64,000 bases of DNA from Macrostomum lignano. Taxonomy: Eukaryota. Below, piece after piece: positions 48,901 to 60,675 of the stretch. Position 1 is the first letter of the stretch, and every line of letters starts with the position of its first letter. Location: positions 1 through 64,000 of the forward strand of contig NIVC01001262.1 in NCBI GenBank assembly GCA_002269645.1, written 5' to 3'. The position numbers were made by a program, and so were the translations under genes. The notes below the pieces were generated by a model. It saw only the letters and a list, made by a program, of their open reading frames with translations. It made no database searches and had not been told where the DNA came from.

Positions 48901-51900
48901 GCTTCATGTGACATCAATGTAAGCGCCTTCAGAGTCGGAAAGGCTTGGAGAGACACTTTCTTTTTATTGTAGTACGTGCATAGAAGTTTACAGTACTTAA
49001 CAACATTGTGTTGGCGTATCAAAGCAAACAAAAAAATGCACAGCTGCAATAGGAAATCGATTTTTCCGCTACAGTGTACATACGATATAAACAGAGCAAC
49101 TCAACTAACGCACTCTGAGTTTTGGGCACTAGCTAGACTGACAGATTTACCGACCTGCGTACATTTCCGATACGATACGAACATTGCTTTGTAAGCGACT
49201 TTGTAGCTCAGATCAGAAGAATGCTTGAGTTTGAGCTTGAGAGAGGGAGTAGGGGTGGAGACCGCACGAGTGCGCCAGAGTTTTTAGTTGGGCAAACAAA
49301 AACGCCATGCGGGGACAAAACTTGCACAAAAATAAATGTGCAACTCAACCAGGACAGCGCGAGGGAACCAGAGTGCCTGGCCAATAGACTGGCCTTTATA
49401 GCGGAGAGAGAAACAGAGGAGACGCGAAGGCAGCCTAGAAAAGGAAGTTGAGCGCTGTCGCTCAGACTACAGAAATTTCGCGGAACAGGAGCCTCGCGGG
49501 CTATCAGCCACTTGACAATGCTGGCCTGCCGATGCCTCTGGCCGCTGCTGCTGACAGTCGCCAGCTGCCAGCTGCTGCCGACAGTGCGTCAGATTGGCGG
49601 CCAGTTCGAAAGCGTCCACCGCGGCGCCGCCAGCAACTGGGTGAACTATCTGTACGTGTACAGCTTCGTGGAGAAGGCCAACCTGACGCAGGCGGTGAGG
49701 CTGCAGGTGGCCAGCCCCAGCGCCAGCCGGGAGTATCCGGTGCTGTTTGTTGTCAGGCAGCAGCGGTCGATCTTGTCCTTCCAGGTGCCGGAGATTCTGG
49801 ACGGTGATCGACGCTACTCGGATGTGTCGCGTACGCTCTGCCCGGTGGAGGACGCGTCCAAGGGCGCGGTGGACAAGAACCAGACCATCTACATTGACGT
49901 ATCAACAGCAAGCGAGCGGCCAGTGGAATTCACGCTTAACGTGACGCTTGTACGAGAGTTTCAGCTGCATATTGATCGAACTTACCACCAGACCATCACG
50001 CCGTCAAGGCCGAAGTACTTCAAGGCGGTATTCCCTGACGGGGCCCGACGACTCTCCATATCGGCGGAGTCCGACAAGCCCGACTGCATGATTATGAGCG
50101 CGCAGTCGGTTAACTGCCCGGTCTACGACCTGGTGCGTAACGTGGAGTTCGCTGGCGAGTACCAGACAATGTCAACTCGAGCGGAGCTCACGGTGGAGAG
50201 AAGCAGCATCAACGGTGACAGTTTCTACATCGTGTTTGTGCTCAAGCCGTCCAGCGAGCACTGCAGCTTCACGCGGCTCAACGACTTGCAGCCGAGGGTT
50301 ATGGCAGATGTCTACAAGATCAAGCCGCCCATAGCAACTACAGCCACAACACTATCAGCAGCGGCCACTGAGACAACTGCCGCCGCAGTTACTGGGGCAC
50401 TGGGCGCTGTCTCAGCCGGCCCGACCAGCAAGGCATTCAAATTCCGAGTAAGCGTGTCGCTGGACAACAGCCAGTACTACCTGCCAGTGTTCGGTGCGGT
50501 TGCCTTCTTTGCCTGCTTCCACATTCTCGCTGCAGTCGTCATCTACGCACAGCAGCGTTTAGAGGCCCGATCAAGCGGTGACCAAAGCGAGCTGTCGGAA
50601 GACTCCGAAAGCTGCGACCGGTTAAACTGCGGTGCCGATGACGCCGAAGACGACGGGTGTGCCGATTACAGCGCCACCGTCGGCACTTGGCGGCCGCTGC
50701 CGCAGTCACCACCAACGCACAGTCATGAGCGATGGCGACATAAATACGCTATGCAGGCGGTTCCTATGACAACCAGCAAAAAGCAACTTGGCAGCGGCGG
50801 CCACGGTGAAAGCGCCGACCTCGACGAAGAGGAGTTGAGCAGCCCTGGGGAAGAGGCGGAGGCCCGCCAGCCAATCATGGCCGAGTTCAACAAAGCAGCA
50901 GCAGCGGCAGCGCAAGCAGCAGCCGCAGCGGCCGCCGCTGACGAAGAGGGCCGGCCGCGACGTCTCTACCTGGCTGACCTGTGCCAGAAACGGCCGGCTC
51001 TGCTGCGCAACAAGTACCGGCTGTACTATTGGTACCTCATCATCATCAGCATATTCTACGGCTTGCCAGTAGTGCAGCTGGTCATCACCTACCAGCAGAT
51101 CCTGCGCATCAGCGGCAACCAGGACATCTGCTACTACAACTTCTATTGCGCCCGGCCGCTTGGTGTGATCTCGGCTTTCAACAACATCTTCTCCAACATC
51201 GGCTACGTGGCCCTGGGCCTGCTGTTCCTCGGCCTCACCAGGCGGCGCGATCTCATCAATAAGCGACGGCGGGCTCTGCTAGGAGACCGCGAGGACAACA
51301 GAGGCATACCGCAGCACTTTGGCATCTTCTACGCCATGGGCATCGCGCTGATCATGGAGGGCATCATGTCCGGCTGCTACCACGTCTGTCCGAGCTACTC
51401 AAACTTCCAGTTCGACACGGCCTACATGTACGTGCTGGCGGTGCTGTGCATGCTGAAGATCTACCAGACCAGGCACCCGGATATCAACGCGTCGGCCCAC
51501 GTTGGCTACATGGCCATGGCCATAGTCATCTTTGTCAGCGTTGTGGGCGTCGTGTACGGGACCAGCTTCTTCTGGATAGCCTTCACAATCTTCTTCATCT
51601 TGTCCAGTCTCTTTGTCACAGGTGAGCTGCATAGATTTTTAAAACTAAAGCCAGGATTTCTTTCGGTCAAAATTAAAAATCCCATTTGGCACAAATTTTC
51701 AAAAAAATGGCACAAATGTGTACCATAACTACTCGTATTTATGTACATCCCAATAGTTGATCATTAATACTCGTCATTGGGGGTTTAGCCTTGTGGTTAA
51801 AGCGATTTCTCGACCCACTCAGAACAATTTGTGTCCTTGAGCAAGATGAAGACATTTAACTCTGCATTGCTTCAGCATTAGCTGGGGTAATTGAGGGTGT

Positions 51901-54900
51901 GTGTGGCGACCCCCCCCAGTCCGTGGACTGAACAGCCGTATGCAGCCTTCAGATGCGCCGCGCAATAGCTGCGGCTGAGCTGTCGGTTGCACATCTGGCC
52001 CAATTGGGGCAAGTGTAATCAATTAATATATTATATTAGTATTATTATTAAAATAATTACTATTATTATGTCCCAATGCCAACAAGCCCATAGTCCAAAA
52101 TCCCTCAAATAAAACAACGTACGAGAGAATTAGTCAGATAAGCAACACGCGACATGGCTAGTCCAATGTTTCACCAAATCTATCAAGGCGTAATCCATTA
52201 CAAATCAATCCATAACAAATCAAACACAGTCAGCCAGTAGCCGAGTGCAACGAATTCAAATATAACGAGAACTGCTTTCGCACACGGCTTCTAGGAGAGA
52301 GGAACGGAAGAGAGAGCAGAAGCGCAGCGGAGGGAGGGAGGAGACCAAGCAGTACAATCAGGTCCAACTATATCTCAGAGCTGCTATTGCTTCCTCTGTT
52401 TTAGCTACATATACAGAATTAGCTACAATTATAGTGGATAGGGACAGCAGCTGCGCGTGTGCTGATTGCACAGGGCCTGGCGGAGCGGAGAGAGCGGCAG
52501 AGTGAGCTCCATTTAGCGAGCGCGCGTCCCGCACTCCCCAATCGGCAAATCCAATCGATAATGAAAAGTTGCACGCGGCACAGCCCAGTCCCCAGTCTTG
52601 GACAGAGGAGTATGCAGTAGGGAAATCTGCAACTCTCGGGACTCCAGCGCGTGAGCAGAATCCAGTGCTGCGTGCGGGACCGTCTGACTCAAATCCGAGG
52701 GGCAGATCAGAGACTCCGGAACTAAGAGTGGGGGAGAGAACGGGAAGGACAGAAAAGGGAGACCACCCAAAGAGCATGCTTAACTATTTAGTGCTTCTAA
52801 GTAAAGTATGAGTAACAATATACTATAGTTAAACTAGATACAAAATTAACTGGTGGGAAATTCTTTAATTAAACCGATCCAGTAGGGGGATCACGTGGTG
52901 CACAGTGTCAATCAGTGTCAATGTAATCCAGTGTCACAGAGGCACCCAGGTCCTCCAGGGTCACAGAGGTACCTAGACCCTCCAGCGTCACAGAGGCACC
53001 CAAATCCTCCAGGGTCACAGAGGCACCCAGATCCTCCAGGGTCACAGAGGCACCCAGTTCCTCCAAGGTCACAGAGGCACCCAAATCCTCCAGGGTCACA
53101 GAGGCACTCAGATACTCCAGGGTCACAGAGGCACCCAGTTCCTCCAGGGTCATACAGGCACCCAGACCCTCCAGGGTCACAGAGGCACTCAGACCCTCCA
53201 GGGTCATACAGGCACCCAGACCCTCCAGGGTCACAGAGGCACCCAGATATTCCAGGGTCACAGAGGCACCCAGACCCTCCAGGGTCACAGAGGCACCCAG
53301 ACCCTCCAGGGTCACTAACAGCTTACCCCAGCTCCGCCTCTTCCCACCCACCCCGCAGGAGAGGTGTATTACATGGGCCACTGGAAGGTGGACGTCGGCC
53401 TGGCCAGACGGTTCTACCTGCTGATGAGCAGCCAGGGCATCGGGTGCTTCAGGCCGATGTACAAGGACCGCATGGCGATTCTGGCCGCTGCCAACCTCAT
53501 CAACTGGACAATCGCAGTGTACGGCGCAATAAGCCGGCCGAGGGACTTCAACAGCTTCCTGCTGTACATATTCCTGGTCAACCTGCTGATGTACACAGCA
53601 TTCTATGTTGTAATGAAAGTTCGCAGCGGCGAGCGAATCCACCTCCAGCCGCTATTCTTCATCGGCCTCTCCTGCTTGACCTGGGGCGCGGGCCTGTACT
53701 TCTTCATGCAGCAGCCCAGCAACTGGGCTCTGAGCCCGTCCGAGTCCCGGGCCCTCAACCAGGGCTGCCTGCTGTTCGACTTCTACGACGTACACGACGT
53801 CTGGCATTTCCTGTCGGCCATGAGCCTGTTCTTCTCCTTCATGGGCCTCATGACTCTGGACGACGACCTGGTCAGGGTATCGCGCGATTGCATCCCCGTG
53901 TTTTGAGCCTCTTGCCCGCCCCTCCCGGATGCTTTCATGATTGCTGCGCCAGAATACAAGCTTAATAACTGCAGGTTATCGGTGACATGAAAATGCCATA
54001 AATTTATGTAATTTTTTTTGTTTTAGAAGCACTTTCTCAAAGCAATCAGAGATTAAACAAATTAAACTAATCTGGTACTGATCCCGAGCACAGGCCGGAT
54101 ATTGCAGCGGCCCAAGCTGGTACAAGCTGATCCCTAGCCCAGGATATTGCAGGGGCCCTAGCTGGTACAAGCTGATCCCTAGCCCAGGATAATGCAGGGG
54201 CCCTAGCTGGTACAACCTGATCCCTAGCACAGGATATTGCAGGGGCCCTAGCTGGTACAAGCTGATCCCTAGACCAGGATATTACAGCGGCCCAAGCTGG
54301 TACAAGCTGATTCCTAGCCCAGGATATTACAGCGGCCCAAGCTGGTACAAGCTGATCCCTAGACCAGGATATTGCAGGGGCCCTAGCTGGTACAAGCTGA
54401 TCCCTAGACCAGGATATTGCAGGGGCCCTAGCTGGTACAAGCTGATCCCTAGACCAGGATATTGCAGGGGCCCTAGCTGGTACAAGCTGATCCCTAGCCC
54501 AGGATATTGCAGGGGCCCTAGCTGGTACAAGCTGATCCCTAGCCCAGGATATTGCAGGGGCCCTAGCTGGTACAAGCTGATTCCTAGCCCAGGATATTAC
54601 AGCGGCCCAAGCTGGTACAAGCTGATCCCTAGACCAGGATATTGCAGGGGCCCTAGCTGGTACAAGCTGATCCCTAGACCAGGATATTGCAGGGGCCCTA
54701 GCTGGTACAAGCTGATTCCTAGACCAGGATATTACAGCGGCCCAAGCTGGTACAAGCTGATTCCTAGCCCAGGATATTACAGCGGCCCAAGCTGGTACAA
54801 GCTGATTCCTAGCCCAGGATAATGCAGTGGCCCTAGCTGGTACAAATAAGAAATTTTATTAATACTCAATTAAATATTGCCCGCATCCAAGGCAAACACC

Positions 54901-57900
54901 TGTTGCTATGTGCCTGAGGATTGCGTTGCATTTTCTGCTCTGCATAAAACTATAAATGTTTAACTAATAATGCGCCTGGTCGCACATGCAGGTATCGCGC
55001 TTCATATTTAATTCTGTGATTTCATCGAGTCCGCATCTGTGGATTAAGGCAATGACTCTTTTTCCTGAACCGGTCCCGTGACTTAAATAATGAAAAACAG
55101 AAACGTAAAAGTAAATATATGCAAACAATAAACCTGCCAGTAGCTATGTGTGAAATTTTGCTCAGACTGGTACTCTGCGACTTCTTAAGCAGATTTTTGC
55201 ATTCCTGTTGTAGTTATTTTCTCCCATCAGCGCTTTTTCAACAAGAGAGTCCAGGATAAGTCAAGGTCAGATGTGTAAATACACCTATAGAGTCTCACAG
55301 CAAACAAGAATCTCTGGCAAACAGGGAATCTCTAACAAACAGGGAATCTCTGGCAAACACAGGGAATCTCTGGCAAACACAGGGAATCTCTGGCAACACA
55401 GGGAATCTCTGGCAAACACAGGGAATCTCTGGCAAACACAGGGAATCTCTGGCAAACACAGGGAATCTCTGGCAAACACAGGGAATCTCTGGCAAACACA
55501 GGGAATCTCTGGCAAACACAGGGAATCTCTGGCAAACACAGGGAATCTCTGGCAAACACAGGGAATCTCTGGCAAACACAGGGAATCTCTGGCAAACACA
55601 GGGAATCTCTGGCAAACACAGGGAATCTCTGGCAAACACAGGGAATCTCTGGCAAACACAGGGAATCTCTGGCAAACACAGGGAATCTCTGGCAAACACA
55701 GGGAATCTCTGGCAAACACAGGGAATCTCTGGCAAACACAGGGAATCTCTGGCAAACACAGGGAATCTCTGGCAAACACAGGGAATCTCTGGCAACACAG
55801 GGAATCTCTGGCAAACACAGGGAATCTCTGGCAAACACAGGGAATCTCTGGCAAACAGGGAATCTCTAACAAACAGGGAATCTCTGGCAAACACAGAAAT
55901 CTCTAACAAACGGGGAATCTCTGGCAAACAGGGAATCTCTGGCAAACAAGAGAATCTCTGGCAAACAGGGAATCTCTGGCAAACAGGGAATCTCTGGCAA
56001 ACACAGGGAATCTCTAACAAACACAGGGAATCTCTGGCAAACACAGGGAATCTCTGGCAAACACAGGGAATCTCTGGCAAACATAGGGAATCTCTAACAA
56101 ACGAAATCCCCTGTCCGACTCACCTGCCGAAACTTCCCAGCCGGCTCCGCCCTTGCAGGCTGCCGTCTCTGCGAGGCCGCACCGCCGCCCCCCGCAGGCG
56201 CTGTCGCGGCCGCCGGCGCCGCATAGTCGCCCACGCGGACCTGCGCCAGCAGTTCGGCCTGGCGCCGGCGCAGCCGTTCACGGCGCTGCTCCCGCGCCTC
56301 CGGAAGGGGGTCGCGCTCGCTCTGCGGAATGAACTCGCGCGAGGGCATCTTGACGCCCCATGGCGGCCGCTCCGCGATGGGCACCGGGCGGCCGGCGCGC
56401 TGCTTTTGCCGCTTCGCCTCCTACAGATGCAGGCGTGGGTTGACGGGTTGGTAGGCGCTCTCTATATGCTACTTATAAGCTGGATTGAGTAGCAAAGCGA
56501 GTGAAGTATCCGTATTCTTATATTCGACAGTAGGCGCTCTCTATATGCTACTAATAAGCTGGATTGAGTAGCAAAGCGAGTGAAGTATCCGTATTCTTAT
56601 ATTCGACAGTAGGCGCTCTCTATATGCTACTTATAAGCTGGATTGAGTAGCAAAGCGAGTGAAGTATCCGTATTCTTATATTCGACAGTAGGCGCTCTCT
56701 ATATGCTACTTATAAGCTGGATTGAGTAGCAAAGCGAGTGAAGTATCCGTATTCTTATATTCGACAGTAGGCGCTCTCTATATGCTACTAATAAGCTGGA
56801 TTGAGTAGCAAAGCGAGTGAAGTATCCGTATTCTTATATTCGACAGTAGGCGCTCTCTATATGCTACTTATAAGCTGGATTGAGTAGCAAAGCGAGTGAA
56901 GTATCCGTATTCTTATATTCGACAGTAGGCGCTCTCTATATGCTACTTATAAGCTGGATTGAGTAGCAAAGCGAGTGAAGTATCCGTATTCTTATATTCG
57001 ACAGTAGGCGCTCTCTATATGCTACTAATAAGCTGGATTGAGTAGCAAAGCAAAGCAAAGTGAAATACGATGGAAAATTTCATATCAGACACATTGATGC
57101 TCTTGATTGTCGGTTTCTAAGCTAGAAAAAGTTGATCTGGCATCACTAACCAGCCGCCTGCGTGCTTCCGCTGACCGCCGCTCGTGCGCCTTCCGATGGC
57201 TGTCCTGAGCCTCCCAGTCTCTGTGCTGGCGCTGCTGCTGTTGCTGCCGCTGGCTCCTTTGCTGCTTCTGCTGCTGCTGTTTCTGCAGTTGTTGCAGCCG
57301 ACGTTGCTGCTGCTGCTGCTGCGCCAGGCGGATCTGCCTCAGCGTGGACTCGTCTGTCTGAACCGCGTGCTCTACACTGCGATGCGAGGTTGGCAAGGCC
57401 TCGTCGCTAAGGACTCGGCGCTGCTGCTGGGATTCGTTGGGTGCCCCGGCCAGACCCAGGCCGCCGAGTGCCAGGGACGGCACGGCAGGGTACGGCGGGC
57501 TGCCGGCTCTGAACTGTGGCGGCGGCTGCTGCTGCTGGTGGTGCAGTAGGCCGGCAGACTCCAGCATCCCCAAGAAGCGGGGCGAGCTGTACTCGGCCAG
57601 CAGGCCCCGGCGCAGGTTGCTGGTGTCGTGGCCGCCAGCGTCTAGCTTCTGGATGCGGGCCAGCAGCTTCTCGAGCCTGCGCGAGATAATTCCGGGATCT
57701 TACTTGGCACCCCGGTATCTTACTTGGCACTCCGGGATCTTACTTGGCACTTCGGGATCTTACTTGGCACTCCGGGATCTTACTTGGCACTCCGGGATCT
57801 TACTTGGCACTTCGGGATCTTACTTGGCACTCCCAGATCTTACTTGGCACTTCAGGATCTTACTTGGCACTCCCAGATCTTACTTGACACTCTCCCTGCT

Positions 57901-60675
57901 CTTACTTGGCACTCTCCCTGCTCTTACTTGGCACTCTCCCTGCTCTTACTTGGCACTCTCCCTGCTCTTACTTGGCACTCTCCTCCGCCAACATCAGCGA
58001 TCTGCGCATGTCCGCTTCTCGCTGCGTCTCCCCGGGCGCCGCTCCGCCGAAACCCCCAGCGCCGAGGTCGGTGGAGCCCAGCGGCTGCGGTGGCGGCGGC
58101 AAGGCGGACCGGTGAGTCGCTGGCTGCTGCTGCCTTGACTGCTCTTGGTCCTCCTTGAACTTCCGCTCAGCTTCGATATCCTCAAGCTGGCGGCGCTGCC
58201 TTTCTGTCGCCTGGAGGCGCCGCTTCTCTTCAACTTGGGCGCGCACGGCGTCCTGGTACTCCAGCTCGCGGCGCCGGCGGGCGTCCGCCTCGCGCAGCGT
58301 GGCATCGTCTGTGGCGGCGAAACCGCGGCCGCGCTCGAAGCTGACGGTGGTGGCGGCTGCATGCGGCTGCTCGGCTGTGGGGAAGGGAGGGGAGGGCGGA
58401 TTATGACGTCATAAATAACCTCAAGCAAAATCCAGTCAGGGGATCCCGCTCCCCTTCCCAATCTCCAGTCAGGGGATCCCGATCCCCTTCCCAATCTCCA
58501 GTCAGGGGATCCCGATCCCCTTCCTAATCTCCAGTCAGGGGATCCCGCTTCCCTTCCCAATCTCCAGTCAGGGGATCCCGCTCCCCTTCCCAATCTCCAG
58601 TCAGGGGATCCCGCTCCATCAGTCTCCCGCAGTGGGTCGGCTCCCTGTTTTACCTGGCAGCAGCAGCGGATTTCCCGCAGGCGCGCCGCCTCCGCGCCCA
58701 GTGGCGCGCTGTTCGCGCTCCCGCTCGCGCTGCTCGTCCAGCTCGCGCAGCCACTGGCGCCGTTCGGCCTCGCGCTGATCGTCGAAGCGACCATCGTTGG
58801 GCGCCAATTCGCCAACAACAAAGGAGCTCCGGATGGCCGCTGGTGGTGCAGTCAGAGACTGTTGAGTTGGAGGCTGCGGCTGCTCCTGAAGCTGCTGCTG
58901 GCGCTGGGACTGCTGCGGCAGGGGTTGCGGCGTGGCTGCAGCAGTCTGCAGCATGGCGGGTGGGGCGCCACCGCCGGGCCGGCCCCAGGGGTCATAGTGG
59001 CCACCCAGCCGCTGCAGCTCAGCGCGCTCCCGAGCCCACTGCAGCTTTTTCAGCTCCGCCTTGCTTTGCGGTGGTGGCGGCACCGCCTGCGGGGCTGGCG
59101 GAGGCGGAGACTCCGGCCGCTTTGCCGGGACGGCCTCCGCTGGTTTCTCTTTCTGCTGTTTCGGCTGCCGACCGCCGCCGCTGGTTTTAGTGGCCTCCTC
59201 GACATCGTCGCCAAGCAGTCGGCGTTTCTCCTCTTCGAAGGCCTTTGCCAGCAGGTCGACGAGGGCGTCCTCGCTCATCTTGTCGATGTTTTCGTCAATC
59301 AGGCGCTGCATCCTGGCGTCCACGGAGTCCGACGCTGCCGCCGCGGCTGCCGCAGCCGCCGCCGCTTCCGTCTGGCGACCCTGACGCTTCTGCACTTTTG
59401 CCGGAGAACTTTTCGCTGCCGCTGCATTAGCGGCGGCCGGACGGCGCGGCTTTGCGGTTGCTTGCGCGCCGTCAGCCGCGGCGCCGGCAGTTTTCGGCAG
59501 CAGGCCGAGGATGGACTCGCCTGCCGCCGGGGTCTTGCGGCCTGTGCCGTCTTTTGCCGCAGCTGCCGGCCTCCTTGGCTGAGCCTGCGACTGCCGCTTC
59601 GACTGTCTGGGAGGCGGCGGCGGCTCATCGACATCCGAGTCCCGGCCGATGGCGCTGTCCGCGTCATCCGCGTCGGTCTGCCGTTTCGCCTTTTCATTGG
59701 ACAAGTCCGCGCCGCCTCTCACCGCTGGAGGCTCCTCGTCCCAGCGGTGCACGCGGCCTTCGATTTTCACTCGATTGTGCGCGCCGTCTGCGGGAGTAGC
59801 GGTCAGAAGTTTTCAATATTTTATAGCTCAATTAATCCCACTTTTTTATCGATTTCGCTGTTATTTTAGCGTTTATTTTGTTGGTTTAATCTGATTTTCA
59901 TTTTTGCCCCCGCCTATTTTACTTTCCTGGATGATTCCGGAGCACAGTCCGTGCCATGTGTGCTCGGCTCAGATTATTTATCAGCGTTTAGACAGTCCGT
60001 GATGTTTGAAATTTAGACAATAGCGTCTTAGAGCTGCTGCCCAATCACAGCGGGGTGAATCGCAAAGCTCACCTTGGGGGCGTCGCAAGCAGCCAATGAG
60101 TTGAATGACGGGGTTGTCATAGCCTTTTAGAATTCCGGTACGCTGGCTGTTTAACATGACTGGTTGAAATTCCCAACTCACCGAATTCAATTTTGACGTC
60201 GCGATCGCCAGTTGAGGTGAGCTTCTCCACGGAATCAATGATGGCTTTTAGCTGGGTGTCCGTGAGGACTCCGCCTGAGCTCTGCTGGGTCTGATGCTTC
60301 TGCGGTTGCTGCTGCTTCTGTGACTGCTGCTGCTGCTGCTGTTGTGGCTTTTGTTGTTGGCTTTGCAACTGAGGCTTTTGCTGCTGTTGCAGATTCTGCT
60401 TCGGTTGCTGTTGCTGCTGCTGCTGGCCATCAGTTGCAGCTGGCGCAGCAGGCCGAAGCGGGTACGGCTGCTCCCTGGTCTTGTAGTTCACAGGACGCCG
60501 CTTGGCCACTGGTGGCTCCTCTGTGAGTATTTTTAATAAAGGCTTACTTCAGCAACTAACAGCACAGAAAAAGAAATTTAAAACTGACCATTAATATAAA
60601 ACTCAAAAACTTACCAACTTGAAATGTGATCTTTGGCTTTCCATGCTCATCCTTTTTTGTTTTAAACTTTAACAT
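45902..60675 (-). CDS. CCDC66: CCDC66 (CCDC66/CSPP1-family centrosomal/ciliary coiled-coil protein), about 1091 aa
   Basis: Exons 60675-60615, 60520-60182, 59787-58654, 58374-57972, 57676-57151, 56420-56124, 48259-47882, 46039-45902; phases consistent (3276 nt). Recognised blocks: QWLRELDEQ, EYQDAVRAQVEEKRR, GHDTSNL, FIPQSERDP..RRRQAELL, FVRTSAFLNP, RQDAILQQLSNIRRGLLEKQKEIETSL. Confidence 0.8.
46500..46790. repeat. (GGGGTRA)n G-rich 7-mer array
   Basis: Alternating ggggtaa/ggggtga units in the last CCDC66 intron. Confidence 0.92.
48333..48692. repeat. 32-bp minisatellite
   Basis: Unit gaggtcatgacccaggattagactgacgcatt. Confidence 0.95.
49518..53906 (+). CDS. SID-1 transmembrane family member (SIDT1/2, CHUP-1-like), about 883 aa, two exons
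   Basis: Exons 49518-51621 and 53359-53906 (2652 nt). Signal peptide; CPVYDLVRNVEF; GNQDICYYNFYC; AFNNIFSNIGY; IPQHFGIFYAMG; MSGCYHVCPSYSNFQFDT; YYMGHWK; DVHDVWHFLSA; DDDL..IPVF terminus. Confidence 0.96.
51779..52070 (+). mobile_element. SINE-like dispersed repeat, copy 2 (SIDT intron)
   Basis: Same body as 2084-2340. tRNA-like 5' head (gggtttagccttgtggttaaagcg, A-box-like), (TAT)n-like tail, and about 28 nt absent relative to copy 1. Confidence 0.7.
52930..53312. repeat. 27-bp minisatellite, SIDT intron
   Basis: Unit ccagggtcacagaggcacccagaccct. Confidence 0.93.
54088..54845. repeat. 45-bp minisatellite
   Basis: Unit gctggtacaagctgatccctagcccaggatattgcaggggcccta. Confidence 0.95.
55305..56100. 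repeat. 20-bp minisatellite
   Basis: Unit gggaatctctggcaaacaca. Confidence 0.97.
56451..57053. repeat. 79-bp tandem repeat (7 full copies plus partial), CCDC66 intron
   Basis: Units start at 56451, 56530, 56609, 56688, 56767, 56846, 56925, 57004; nearly identical. Confidence 0.97.
57692..57981. repeat. 20/22-bp repeat of the CCDC66 exon-4 donor junction
   Basis: Each unit contains (minus strand) AGTGCCAA|GTAAGA; 14 copies counting the real donor. Confidence 0.95.
58430..58617. repeat. 33-bp minisatellite, CCDC66 intron
   Basis: Unit ccagtcaggggatcccgctccccttcccaatct. Confidence 0.93.

Noticed and set aside
9217-56080. Long repetitive ORFs in the track (e.g. MSACGAK, STDPQAVPPA, SLSPDAPIAMS, CQRFPVFARDS repeats)
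   Set aside because: They are translations of stop-free minisatellite units, open in several frames and on both strands, and lie inside introns of well-supported genes.
39418-57053. CRISPR-like arrays
   Set aside because: All arrays are contiguous tandem units without unique spacers; eukaryotic context and no cas genes.
57184-60536. Plus-strand Leu/Ala-rich ORFs opposite CCDC66 (e.g. 58862-59869)
   Set aside because: Antisense shadows of GC-rich, CAG-rich coding exons.
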